A stretch of DNA of 64,000 nt, from IMG/VR virus record IMGVR_UViG_3300021185_001231; one strand, 5' to 3'. Position 1 is the stretch's first letter. Each line of letters begins with the position of its first letter. The position numbers and the translations under genes are program-made. Shown piece by piece: positions 48,601-58,700 of the stretch. Origin of the DNA: a virus. The notes under the pieces are model-generated. The model saw only the letters and a program-made list of their open reading frames with translations. It searched no databases and was not told the DNA's origin.

Positions 48601-50284
48601 TTCCGTCTACAGAAGCATCACCAATAAATAGTGCATCTTTAGTTTCTGCGTGAGACTTAGCGGAAACTTCTGCCTCATCTGCTTTAGTAGTTGCGTCGAC
48701 GGCAGCAGCCGCTTGAACCGCAGTATCACCAGCAGCACGATCAACAAGTTCTTGCGCAAGACCAGAAGTCAAAGTTGCATCAGCAGTTGCACGAGTTGAC
48801 GCTTCGGTGTCAATGTTTGACTGAAGAGTCGTATCAGCAGAAGTTCTAGCAGAAGCTTCATTTGAAATAGCAGTGGTGTTTGATGAAATCAAAGCGCCCA
48901 TATCGGTATCTGCTTGTTGGAAAGCAGCAACGATTTCTGTTAATGAGTCAAGAGCAGCTGAGTCAGTATTAGAGATAACATTATCTAGTTTAGATTCGAT
49001 TCTAGACTCCTCAGAAGTAGCACGAGAAACTTCGGATGTTAAGTCTGATTGTAGAGTAGAGATCTCACCATCATTAGAAGTGATCTGAGTTTGTAGTCCG
49101 GATTCAGCAGTTTCAGCACGAGTCTTCTCAACCAATACCTTAGCAGCAGCGTCAGCAGCTGCGACAGATTCAGCACCTGATTTGGCAGTTGCAATACGTG
49201 CAGTAATAGTATTTCCACCAGTTCCATCTACACTGTTATCTCCAATAAGAAGATCGTCATGTGATTGAGCAGATACTAGAGTTGCATTATCACCAGCAAC
49301 GATGTCTGCACCTAGGTCAGAACGTACCGCATTATCAGCGATAGCACGTGCAGAAATTTCTGCCGCAAGACCTTGAGCGTTAGCTTCTTCAGCAGCGGTT
49401 GCACGAGTAACCTCAGCAGAAACTGAATTCTGTAGAGCAGTTACTTCACCATTTGTAGTTGAGATTTCGGCAGCTAGATCAGTTTCCAGTTGCGTTATAT
49501 CACCCTCAGCAGTAGTCATACGTGCATCTAGAGCATTATCAGCAGAAACACGAGCCGCAGATTCGTTAGTTATGTTTGTTTGTAGAGTTGTGTCCGCACC
49601 TTGTCTTGCAGTAGTTTCTGAAGCGAGGTTGGCTTCGATTGTGGACTCTTTAGTAGTCGCACGTGAAACTTCATTCGAGATAGCAGTTGCGTTAGTAATG
49701 ATTGAAGCAGATAATGCATCATCAGCATCTTGGAATGCAGTAACAATTTCCGCAAGAGAGTTAAGTGCTTCCGAGTCAACATTAGACAATACATTATCAA
49801 TACGAGTATTGATTGCTGTGTCCGCAGACTGGAATGCAGATTCCATTGCGTTTTCTCTATTGGTAGCACGAGTAACTTCAGTGTCCAAAGAGGTTTGTAG
49901 TGCAGTATCAGCAGCAGTTCTTGCCGCAGTTTCAGCTGCAAGATCAGAAGTTAAAGTTGTATCCGCAGCAGCACGTATTGTCGCTTCAGCGGCAACGGCA
50001 TCAGCAATATCCTGAGCGACAGCGGCTTTAGCACGAACGTCTGTGAAGTAAAGGTTAGAATTTGATTCAGTACCTTCTGATATGTCATCGGTAGTATAAG
50101 AACCGATAAGACCAGATGAAGATACTTTCTTAAGTGCTTGTGTGTCGTTATCAAAAACGAGGAATGTGTCAAGACCGTCAACTCCTGAGAGAGAGGCCTG
50201 TTGATCAATTGCGGAGGTATCTAGTTTGGTATTTAATACCGCTTGATTTGCTAGAGCTCCGGATTTAATTTGCCTAAATGCCAT
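45668..50284 (-). CDS. long coiled-coil fibre protein (1538 aa)
   Basis: Recurring E.T.R..AD..L helical repeats, four L(D/N)(S/T)L.EI..A(F/Y)..AD nodes, C-terminal RSAKYLVSI...ECLVVHNG...EYG domain. Confidence 0.7.
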   Translation of the reverse strand: MAFRQIKSGALANQAVLNTKLDTSAIDQQASLSGVDGLDTFLVFDNDTQALKKVSSSGLIGSYTTDDISEGTESNSNLYFTDVRAKAAVAQDIADAVAAEATIRAAADTTLTSDLAAETAARTAADTALQTSLDTEVTRATNRENAMESAFQSADTAINTRIDNVLSNVDSEALNSLAEIVTAFQDADDALSASIITNATAISNEVSRATTKESTIEANLASETTARQGADTTLQTNITNESAARVSADNALDARMTTAEGDITQLETDLAAEISTTNGEVTALQNSVSAEVTRATAAEEANAQGLAAEISARAIADNAVRSDLGADIVAGDNATLVSAQSHDDLLIGDNSVDGTGGNTITARIATAKSGAESVAAADAAAKVLVEKTRAETAESGLQTQITSNDGEISTLQSDLTSEVSRATSEESRIESKLDNVISNTDSAALDSLTEIVAAFQQADTDMGALISSNTTAISNEASARTSADTTLQSNIDTEASTRATADATLTSGLAQELVDRAAGDTAVQAAAAVDATTKADEAEVSAKSHAETKDALFIGDASVDGTGGNTVTARIATAKTTAETHADTIVAAETALRVSGDDALSLRATNLEGRMDTAETDIDANTSDIATETTARVSADATLQGNIDAEAVTRAAADTQHDADLLAEQTARIAADSATDASLAQEVTRATGVEAGLRTDVDTNTGSIATNAASINSEVARAIAAEGVLTTAVADETSARIAADAAIQTDLDIVEGRVDFLVNAAPETLDTLVEIIGAYENADSDMQVVIDNNSSRLTTNESSISTLNTEMDAVEARATTLESEMDAVEARATTLETEMDAAESEIDDLEAFVGEGTSLDTVANDLAGAVNELHTDTNAVAGRMTTAESSIVTNATAISTETARAQAEETSIRGDFAAADTSIRSDFATADAVVLNSASSDATTKADNAEAAAKTYSDGIVATEASTREAADDLLEGQITAEATTRANADNALDTRATTLESEMTLTQTSVGVATDGAYLSRSGSNFLDTAVSLKDESTKLDVALKAEETARIAADNTLTNNLNSEISSRTSGDASLQSQITAEVGRATSAEQANAANIATNATSISDEATRAQTAEAAVNARVDFIVSNTDPAALDSLTEIVTAFGDADSDLTSLISSNQTDIATNASGLAQEITDRAAAVSAEASARSSADTTLQSNIDQKVAKSGDTMSGVLNMGSNKVAAVADGTVASDAVNKGQMDAGLAAQHISQFDTSDLVEDPNASNRYFTEARSRESISAVDTKGNGRVSYDNTTGVIAIDTAGTLLELDDISETTYVGKAEYLMQVKSDESGWDFIHPNDLQFVQPNRQVMNGDGVQTNFAITFYVNIADALVFVGGVIQDPGTHYNFDSVAQEIVFTAPIPNGAQAVIISHSVGAVQGVLDGSVSTSSFTADIKVGEQGAQRTVGTVEAVVSSFPKANHRSAKYLVSIESPDGQEFETRECLVVHNGTSAFITEYGVIFTGSTTLGDTDVRVNSGTGDIELTYTANAESTKVTVVATYIDA

Positions 50285-50329
50285 TAGGTAGTTCTCCTGT
50301 TAAAAGTGAAAATTAAACTGATAATAAGT

Positions 50330-50674
50330 TTAACGAAATTTGATATAGATGTCCATCCCAAGAGATGGGGTTTCAGTAAAGATTAGTGTGTCATCCTGTA
50401 CATCATAAACTTCGCCGGGACGTTGTAAAACGTTTTCGACGAATACGTCAATTAAATCAGATCTTGCGGGCACGCCATTGAGTGAATATTCAGTTGTGAA
50501 ACCGTCACCAATAAAACCTTGAGATTCCGGAATAGTACTATCTACAGTATCAAAAGTAGCACTGAAGATATCTTTGTCTAGGCCAGGAGTCTGACTTATA
50601 ACTGTTTGGTTATTGTTTGCTAAATTGAATAAACTTTCCGCGATGACACGGTTGAAAGATTTGTTGTTGATCAT
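50330..50674 (-). CDS. virion structural protein (hypothetical)
   Basis: GDG.TT.Y...VFVENVLQ.P...Y domain also present in the 1538-aa and 780-aa proteins. Confidence 0.6.
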   Translation of the reverse strand: MINNKSFNRVIAESLFNLANNNQTVISQTPGLDKDIFSATFDTVDSTIPESQGFIGDGFTTEYSLNGVPARSDLIDVFVENVLQRPGEVYDVQDDTLIFTETPSLGMDIYIKFR

Positions 50675-50728
50675 AGCGAACTCTTAAAATTTAGATAGAG
50701 AGACAAGAAAATTTTTATTGTCTGATTC

Positions 50729-50736
50729 TATTTATA
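50729..50736 (-). promoter_or_regulatory. T4-type late promoter
   Basis: TATAAATA. Confidence 0.75.
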
Positions 50737-53074
50737 CAGAAACGGAGTGTCGAACGGACTTAAATTCATAAGAATGTGTAGAATTTGGTAAAATAGTTAC
50801 GACCATATTAGTACCAACTATATTAACTTCTATGGAAGCTTCAGATGATGGTCCAGTGTGCAACTCTCCATATAAAGTGGTGTGAACTTCAACACCATCG
50901 TGAACAAGTAAAAGTTCATTTGACTGGTATGACATATTACTAATGTTGGATATCTGTATAGTATATCGAGCAGTTCTAAAATCCGAAAGGGGAACGGTAT
51001 CGATAACAATAGGATCCATATTACCAGAGGTGATAACTCGGTTTGTATCTACACTATAGTCTTTTATTTGAGTTGGTTTGTATAAGACCGCTTTTGATTG
51101 TGTTATATCCATAACGTCACTATCACTATGACGTATTTTCAAATCTCCAGTAGCGTTAGGACGTTGTTCTAAAATGGTATTGCTTCCGTCATGAGTAAGC
51201 AAAGCATCGTAACCAGTACCAATAAGAAGTTTTACGTTATCTTCTATATTTAGATCATTTTGAATATCAATAATCGCAGCTCTATATGCGGCGACTTGAA
51301 CGTGATAACCAGCATCTAAAGGAACAGTGAATACAATGGAAAGTCCATCATTAGCAACATAATCTATAGAGGAGTTTAATAGTACACCGTTTAAGAATAC
51401 TAGAAGTCTGCCACCAACATCATATTCCAGTCCATTACCAAAAGTATCCTGTCCAGTAAATGTAACTTGTTCTTGAGACGCAACATAATCGAAAGTATCA
51501 AAAGTACCGCTACTACCATTACCCAATCCACTACCGAGTTCAATAATAGAATCGATACCTTCATGTTGTCTCTTAATAAATACCTTACCATCAACTGTAT
51601 TGATAGCAAGTTCACCGACATTTAGTTCCTGTTCTGTCGGAAGTACTCCAGCACTATCATAAGTCTTCAACCTGATTAGTGTGTTATCACCATCAATAGA
51701 ATGAAGATTTACATGGCCGGAACTATCGACATTGAACTGCGCAGAATCAAAGGATGAAACTCCAGCAGTAGAAGTGGTTGCCAAATCCGCAGAAACTGAG
51801 TATTGATTGTCAGAATCATTATACTCTAGAGTAAGACCTTCACCACCAACTAATAGGTTTGCGACTTTATCATCAATAACCTCACCAATAGACTCTCCGT
51901 TTATTGAGAGTGGACCATTAATGTCAAGTCCTTTGTTGGTGGTCAGTCTATCATTCTGCGCATCGTAAAGTATTGAAGCGTCTGCGCCACCAATAATTAT
52001 CCCTGCGCCATCAGCTTCTAAATCTGAAGTAGCACCAGAAGCCAGAGTAAATGTGAGATCATTTACGGAAACTTCGGTTGAGTGTATAGTCGTCTGGGTT
52101 CCTTGTACGACAAGGTCACCACGAATTACTAATGTTCCACCATCGGAATCAGTTGGTGCCGGATCAATAATGATCTCATTAGAAGAATCCGTAGACTTGA
52201 TAGTATTACCATCAATCTCTAGATTTCCAACTACTAACTTACTTAAACCAGTAACTTCACTATCTAAAGAGTAATCTACTGTGTTTGTTGAACTGTCGTA
52301 AGTAACATTAACATTACTTGACCCAGAAAATGTAATGTCGGAATCGAGAAGTGATACCGTATCACCATTTACTGTAAGACTGGTTGCTATATCCGAAGTT
52401 GTTACATCGGTTATTCTACCAGTGTGATCGACAGTAATTCTGGGAATCTTGGTTTCGTCACCATAGGTGTCAGCTGTAACACCAGATGAATCTAAACCAA
52501 AAATTATTGAATTATTTACAGAATCTAACTGTGCGGATAGACCAAGTCCACCCTCAAAGGTTAGTGTAGTTTGTGATGGAGTGAAGGTTGTGACTTCACC
52601 GTTTGCACCTACAGTAAAGACAACGCTTGCGGCAATATCATCCGCATAGGTTTTAGTTACTGCGTCTTGGGGGTCTACTGGATCTAATAAATTTACAAGA
52701 CGACTACTACCGCCTAAATTTACATTGCCTGGCGATACTAGATTTAAATCACCGAGTGTGTTTTCTAAAGTACTTGTTGTTAAAGTAACTTTTCCGACTT
52801 TTATCTCATCAAGTTCTCCATTGGAGTCTGCGATGAGTGCGGTATTAGGTGTTACTATACCAAAAGGTGCGTTTTCTCCACCTAATAGATCGGTGTAGTA
52901 TTTACCACCAATAATAGTATGGTCCGCAGCATTGAGATTATTCTCACTACCAGTACCGATGTAAAGTTTATTACCTCCGGCACCGTCAAAGTAGGAATAT
53001 GCTAATTCACCATTGGCCAGTACACTGGGATTTCCACTGGTACCGGACCGTTTTATTCTAATTAAATCGGCCAT
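50732..53074 (-). CDS. tail-fibre-like structural protein (780 aa)
   Basis: IRIKRS...L..GELA N-terminus (motif repeated internally), PVDPQDAVTK.Y, L.V.GT.TT, C-terminal FRTARY.IQ...ELLLVHDG domain. Confidence 0.7.
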   Translation of the reverse strand: MADLIRIKRSGTSGNPSVLANGELAYSYFDGAGGNKLYIGTGSENNLNAADHTIIGGKYYTDLLGGENAPFGIVTPNTALIADSNGELDEIKVGKVTLTTSTLENTLGDLNLVSPGNVNLGGSSRLVNLLDPVDPQDAVTKTYADDIAASVVFTVGANGEVTTFTPSQTTLTFEGGLGLSAQLDSVNNSIIFGLDSSGVTADTYGDETKIPRITVDHTGRITDVTTSDIATSLTVNGDTVSLLDSDITFSGSSNVNVTYDSSTNTVDYSLDSEVTGLSKLVVGNLEIDGNTIKSTDSSNEIIIDPAPTDSDGGTLVIRGDLVVQGTQTTIHSTEVSVNDLTFTLASGATSDLEADGAGIIIGGADASILYDAQNDRLTTNKGLDINGPLSINGESIGEVIDDKVANLLVGGEGLTLEYNDSDNQYSVSADLATTSTAGVSSFDSAQFNVDSSGHVNLHSIDGDNTLIRLKTYDSAGVLPTEQELNVGELAINTVDGKVFIKRQHEGIDSIIELGSGLGNGSSGTFDTFDYVASQEQVTFTGQDTFGNGLEYDVGGRLLVFLNGVLLNSSIDYVANDGLSIVFTVPLDAGYHVQVAAYRAAIIDIQNDLNIEDNVKLLIGTGYDALLTHDGSNTILEQRPNATGDLKIRHSDSDVMDITQSKAVLYKPTQIKDYSVDTNRVITSGNMDPIVIDTVPLSDFRTARYTIQISNISNMSYQSNELLLVHDGVEVHTTLYGELHTGPSSEASIEVNIVGTNMVVTILPNSTHSYEFKSVRHSVSV

Positions 53075-53352
53075 TAGTAAAATCCACCATCTAATGTCCG
53101 AGGGTTATCTGTAAGTAAAACGGTTTCCCATGTATCTAGATCTTCGTTATACCTTACAACGGAACCATCCCTCAATACATCTGACGGTGTCACATCAAAC
53201 AGTTCTACTAATTTTTGATTGACCGCACCACCCACACCCATTGAGTGAATAGGTTTACCGAGAGTTACCTTCTTGACTTTGGTATTTTGGCTAGTTGTTA
53301 CTTTTGAAACAACTTTTTTGGTTCCGGTGGAAGCTACACGAAAGGCCATCAA
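53074..53352 (-). CDS. hypothetical structural protein
   Basis: L.DV...DG.V..Y...W and terminal LDGGFY; translationally coupled. Confidence 0.6.
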   Translation of the reverse strand: MMAFRVASTGTKKVVSKVTTSQNTKVKKVTLGKPIHSMGVGGAVNQKLVELFDVTPSDVLRDGSVVRYNEDLDTWETVLLTDNPRTLDGGFY

Positions 53353-53355
53353 TAG

Positions 53356-53712
53356 TTACCTCGTTACTGACGGATTGACTTTTATCTTACCTTCGAGTAT
53401 TCTTTCTATCATAGTCGCACCATCTTCGTCCACATATGACAATTCGACATCATACACGTAACGACCACGACTAGATAGACTATCGGTTTGGATGTTTGAT
53501 AAGGATATGACTACGATACCATCCGTAGGAGGATCAGCGATAACCGAAGTGAAATCTAAGGTCTCTGAAACATCGCTATTGTAGTTTCTTTTTAGTTTTG
53601 CGTTTACAGAATGTCCTGTTAAGTTTTTAACTGAACCATCAGTATCAACAAGCTCCAATTCTAGTGCAATGTCTGCACCTTGGTCTATTGCAAAATCTTC
53701 ATATGTCGCCAT
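53356..53712 (-). CDS. baseplate/fibre-associated Ig-like protein (hypothetical)
   Basis: IDQGAD, LTG, GRYVYDVE, RILEG.I.V.PSVT pattern common in T4-like structural modules. Confidence 0.6.
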   Translation of the reverse strand: MATYEDFAIDQGADIALELELVDTDGSVKNLTGHSVNAKLKRNYNSDVSETLDFTSVIADPPTDGIVVISLSNIQTDSLSSRGRYVYDVELSYVDEDGATMIERILEGKIKVNPSVTR

Positions 53713-53751
53713 TTCATTTTCCCAGAATTGTTTTTTAAATAATAATAATAC

Positions 53752-53759
53752 TATTTATA
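53752..53759 (-). promoter_or_regulatory. T4-type late promoter
   Basis: TATAAATA. Confidence 0.8.
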
Positions 53760-53793
53760 CAAAAACAAAACTAGGAAAACGATTTAGATTTAT

Positions 53794-54501
53794 TTATTCT
53801 TCCGATGAGATGTCGGCAATAACCATTTCGCGGAATTCTTCTGAAGCCTGTTCCGTATTAAATGTATACGAAACGGTTGTTCTCCAGTTATCAGTATCCG
53901 CAGCGTGATACAATAATTTATCATCTTCACTATAATGTCCAAAGTAAGCAGCTTTACAGGTCCATTGACCAGCTTCATCTTCACACACCACCTCTTCTTT
54001 AGTAACAGGATGTATGTATTTGAAACAACCTTCACCGAACTCTGACCAAGTAAAGATAAGGTTAAATGCAGCTGCATTAGCATTATTGTGCCAAGAGATA
54101 AACCCGCCTGGAGGATAAATCGCACAAAGTGCATTGTTTCTTACTGACAAAAAATTCATCATTTTATCGTTAAGATCTGCTAAGTTTTTAGTAAGATCTC
54201 TTTTAAACACGGGGTCAGCATCCTTAGTAAATATCTGATGATTTCTTTCACCTAATTTTAGATTATAACCAACCAATTGTTCAGGAAATCCTTCATGTCG
54301 AGTTCCCTGTGAAATTATTTCGTGTCTATGGTTGTCCCCAACCCAGTAAGGACGTTGTCTAGCATGTTCTGATGCTGATAAATGTACTTTATCCTCAAAA
54401 CCTTCTAGAGTATGTAGTTTGGTGTATCCGTCAAGAATCTCCAACAACTCTGGGTTATTGATTGGCACATGTTTTAAATATTCGTCGTTAATCTGTGTCA
54501 T
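53794..54501 (-). CDS. 2OG-Fe(II) oxygenase-like protein (HxN variant)
   Basis: YPPGGFISWHNNANA, YHAA, RTTVS; clear paralogue of 22371..23009. Confidence 0.55.
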   Translation of the reverse strand: MTQINDEYLKHVPINNPELLEILDGYTKLHTLEGFEDKVHLSASEHARQRPYWVGDNHRHEIISQGTRHEGFPEQLVGYNLKLGERNHQIFTKDADPVFKRDLTKNLADLNDKMMNFLSVRNNALCAIYPPGGFISWHNNANAAAFNLIFTWSEFGEGCFKYIHPVTKEEVVCEDEAGQWTCKAAYFGHYSEDDKLLYHAADTDNWRTTVSYTFNTEQASEEFREMVIADISSEE

Positions 54502-55223
54502 ACGATTGGTTTATCCTTGTTAAGTCCAGCAGAAAAGTGTCTGATAATAACTTCACCTTTCGGTCTAGTTCTCGCCCAATTAAGAGCGTTGTAGTAATTC
54601 CACCTTAAATCGTCTTCAAATATTCCGATATTAAGGTCTTTGTATTTTTCTTCCTTTTCAGTAAGCCACCACAATGAGAATTGATCCCAAGATTTGAGAC
54701 TATCCGCATAACCTTCTGGCCACCATTGATCGGCCATTTGTTTTTTAGTCAATTCCCACCAATCATCCATAAACTCTCGAATAATTGGTTTTCTCATGTC
54801 ATATAAACAAACTGCACCACATAAAGTAAATTTCGCCTTTCCTTCTGGGGTATCAAAATCACGTTCTGCATAAATATAATCCCGATCATCGGTAAGTTCT
54901 GACCAGACCATATCATAGTCTTTTAGTTCATCCCATACCTTCGCAATATCTTCGTGTTCCACTTCCATGTCAGCATCAATATACATGGTAATATCATAAG
55001 GAGATTTTGCCATACCATATAATTTAGCTCTATAGTGGTCATCACAAAGGATTAAATCATCTGCAACTTCTTCTCGACCATCCAGAAAGCGTTCTTCTGT
55101 AACCAAACAAATCTTTGCTTCTTCATAGACATCTCTAATAGATTCGCATAGATTTATTGCATACAAATAAAAGTTACGGTTCCTTGAAGCAACAACAATA
55201 AAACCTTTAGTTGGTTCTGTCAT
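54498..55223 (-). CDS. GT-A fold glycosyltransferase
   Basis: K....SPYDITMYIDAD (DxD), WDQFSLW, RWN, IIRH motifs typical of nucleotide-diphospho-sugar transferases. Confidence 0.75.
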   Translation of the reverse strand: MTEPTKGFIVVASRNRNFYLYAINLCESIRDVYEEAKICLVTEERFLDGREEVADDLILCDDHYRAKLYGMAKSPYDITMYIDADMEVEHEDIAKVWDELKDYDMVWSELTDDRDYIYAERDFDTPEGKAKFTLCGAVCLYDMRKPIIREFMDDWWELTKKQMADQWWPEGYADSLKSWDQFSLWWLTEKEEKYKDLNIGIFEDDLRWNYYNALNWARTRPKGEVIIRHFSAGLNKDKPIV

Positions 55224-55672
55224 TATTCTGCCTCATTCAAAGATTCTTGTAGAATCATGATTGACCACATATCAACTTCAATTCGAGACTTAGCTCTGCG
55301 AAGTTTTGCTTTTAATTTGCGATTGGTTGAATTTTTAATTTCTTCAACTTCAAAAGCTTCGAGTTTATAGTTAAACAACTTTTCTAACTTACGTGCTTTT
55401 GCGTGTTCTTTATCACGTTGAACGTGTTCTTCTTTTTCAGCTTTCTTCCGTTCAACTCTATCTTCGGTTTCTTTGTCGATAACGTCTTCGCCTAATGCAT
55501 CGACTACTTCATCAAAGTCTGGATTTGCATTACCTTCTTTGTCGGTCCTATTGAGTAACATGACCTGACGAGTCATCCTACCAACATCATCTTCCATTTC
55601 TAGGATACAATTTAACTGAGACTTGTCATCATTTTCCCAGAAAGCATTATCCATCCAACGTTTAAAACTCAT
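55223..55672 (-). CDS. hypothetical charged helical protein (possible chaperone)
   Basis: AGGAG RBS; small N-terminal alpha/beta part plus highly charged helical C-terminus; coupled to the GT gene. Confidence 0.6.
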   Translation of the reverse strand: MSFKRWMDNAFWENDDKSQLNCILEMEDDVGRMTRQVMLLNRTDKEGNANPDFDEVVDALGEDVIDKETEDRVERKKAEKEEHVQRDKEHAKARKLEKLFNYKLEAFEVEEIKNSTNRKLKAKLRRAKSRIEVDMWSIMILQESLNEAE

Positions 55673-55723
55673 TACATCATCTCCTTCTCAATCAAAATTT
55701 ATATAATATATCTATATTAGAAA

Positions 55724-55750
55724 TAAGGTGGTCTTTCTTAGACCACCCCC
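55724..55750 (-). terminator. hairpin after the 2144-aa gene
   Basis: GGGGTGGTCT-AAGAA-AGACCACCTT followed by ATTT. Confidence 0.55.
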
Positions 55751-55760
55751 TTCTCTAATA

Positions 55761-58700
55761 TTAAGCTACTCTTACATATAGAGTGTAAGTTTCTACTGTA
55801 GAACTTGAACCCTGAATCGTAAGACCAGTATAGTTACCCACAAAGTTACGTGAGAAATCACCTATAAAGTTTCTTGAATAATTACTAACTAAATTTCTTG
55901 AGTAATTACCTGTGTAGTCCCCTGCGAAATCTCTACTAGATACCCTAGTGGATACTGAAGTATATGAAGAAGCTCTAACTCCAGTATAGGAAGAAATTCT
56001 GGTTCTGATAAAGTCGTCGGTACTATTTCTAGTGTACTCCCCAGTAAACCCTCTACTGAAGTTACTAACATAGTCTAGAACGTAAGAAGACATTCTTGTT
56101 CTAGAGTATTCACCAGAGAAATCTCTTGAGTAGTTACCCACAAAACCTCTTGAGTAATTACTTACAAAGTTTCCAGCATAAGTAGAAACTCTATCTCTTG
56201 AGTAATTACTTACAAAACCTCTTGAGTAATTACTTACAAAGTTTCCAGCGAACTCACTTGCATATTCTCCTGCGTATTCTCCAACGAATTCACGAGAGTA
56301 ATTTCCGACATATGAACTACTTCTTACTTGAGCGAAATCACCAACAAAGTCTCTTGAATAATTACCTTCAAAGTTTCTAGAGTATGCGCCAGTATACTCG
56401 CCCACAAATCCGCGAGAGTATGTACCAGCATATTCACCGGCAAAGTCTCTTGAGTACTGTCCAGTATACTCGCCAATAAAGTTCCTAGAGTAAGCACCAG
56501 TAAATTCACCGGCAAAGTCTCTTGCATAGTTACCAGTATAAGAATCGGTTATGTTTCTAGAGTAAGCACCAACATATTCACCAACGAAACCTCTTGAGAA
56601 ATTACCGACATAAGAATCAGTTATGTTCCTAGAGTAAGCACCAGTAAATTCACCGGCAAAGTCTCTTGCATAGTTACCAGTATAAGAATCGGTTATGTTT
56701 CTAGAATATGTTCCGGCATATTGACCAGAGAAATCTCTTGAGAAATTACCGACATAAGAATCAGTTATGTTTCTGGAATATGTTCCGGCATATTGACCAG
56801 AGAATCCTCTTGCATAGTTACCGACATAGGGATCGGTTATGTTTCTGGAATATGTTCCGGTATATTGGCCAGAGAAATCTCTTGAGTAATTACCGACATA
56901 GGGATCGGTTATGTCTCTAGCGTAGTTGCCTACATAGTTACCAGCATAACCTCTTGAATAGTTTCCTACATAGTTACCACCAAAACCACGAGCATAATTT
57001 CCTACATAATCCCCTGCGTAGTATGCAGTGTATGTACCAGTGTACTCTCCAATAAAGTTCCTCGCATAGTTACCAGTAAATGTCCTTGCATAGTTACCAC
57101 CGAAGTCTCCAGCGAAGTTAGTTACACGATCTCTAGTGTATGTAGAAGCCCTTCCTCTGGTATAGGTAGAATAACGAGTACGTGCATAAGCGGAGTAACG
57201 TGTTCTCGTAGAGGTTCTAGCATATTCCCCCACATAGTTACCAGCGAAATCTCCAGCGTATGTACGTGAATAGTTACCTACAAAATTTCCGGTAAATGTG
57301 GTCGCATAGTTACCCAAGAAATCACCAGTAAAGTTAGTGACTCGGTTTCTTGAATAATCACCAGCAAAATTACCAGTAAATGTAGTCGCATAGTTTCCTA
57401 CAAAGTTACCTACATAGTTTCCACCAAAGGCACGTGAATAGTTACCTACAAAGTCACCAGTAAATGTTGTAGCGTAGTTACCAACAAAATCGCCAGCGAA
57501 GTTAGTTACACGATCTCTTACATAGTTACCTACGTAATCCCCAGCATAATAACCTATTCTAGTATATGTACCAACCCTAGTATAATCTGCTGAGTATGAA
57601 TTTGTATAATTACCAGTAAAGTCTCCAGTATAAGCTAAAGTGCTTGATCTTACAGGAGTTCTACTGTAATATCCGGTATATGTTGAACTACGAGGAAATG
57701 CTGTTGCAGGATCCCGTGTGTATGTAGAATTCCTAGTGTAATTTATCTGAGTGTCTCTTGTGTATGTAGAATCCCTAGTGAAATTTCTTGTACTAGTTCT
57801 AGTGTAGTATAATGTTGCTGGTCTAGTTCTGGTATAATATAAGTTTCTGGTATAATTACCGACATAGTTTCTGGAATAAGAGACGGTCGCATTACGTGTG
57901 CGTGTGTAAGTACCTCCCGCTAAAGTAGAAATTCTGGTATAATTGCCTGGGTAATTAGAGTTGGCCGTACTTACTCGAAAACCAGCAAAATAACTATATG
58001 TCTGCGCGGCAGTAGAAGAGTTGGGCATGTCATCCAAAGACCAACGAACACCACTTGATGCATGTTTAAAGTATCGAATTGGTCCTACATCAAAATAGGT
58101 CACGTGTTCAGCGGTAGTATAATTTGAGTAGTACTGTTGTTTCCTTAATACACCGTTGGTATATACTTTAATAGTTATACCACTAGATCCCCCGTATCCG
58201 TAATGTAACTGCCATGAGTTATAATTAAATTGATAATCCCAAGGACTATTATTTGCCCAACCAGTATAGTTTCCGGTAAAACTTTGTGTTCCGCCATAGT
58301 TTCCTACATACTGATTAGTACGGTTAAATGAAGCAGTACGAGTTCTGGTGTAGTCTCCTGTTCTAGCGTAATCTCCAGTGTAATTTACTAATAAGGAATA
58401 ATCACCGACAAAACTGTTAGCGAAAGTTAAACCCGTAGTATAGTTACCACCATAAAAGTTAATGGACGTTATAGTTCTATTATAGTTTCCGGTATATTTT
58501 ACGTAATTAACAAAAGTTCTAGAGTAGTTTCCGACAAAAGTATCTACGCGAGAATATGTAGAAACTCTAGAAAAACTAGTGTCTCTCTCACGAGTAAAGT
58601 TCCTAGAATAATTTCCAGTGAAATAAAGATTTCTATTATACCCTAGGGTCCGTGTTGAAGTTCGGGTAGAAGTACTTGCATAATCTCCTACAAAGTTACC

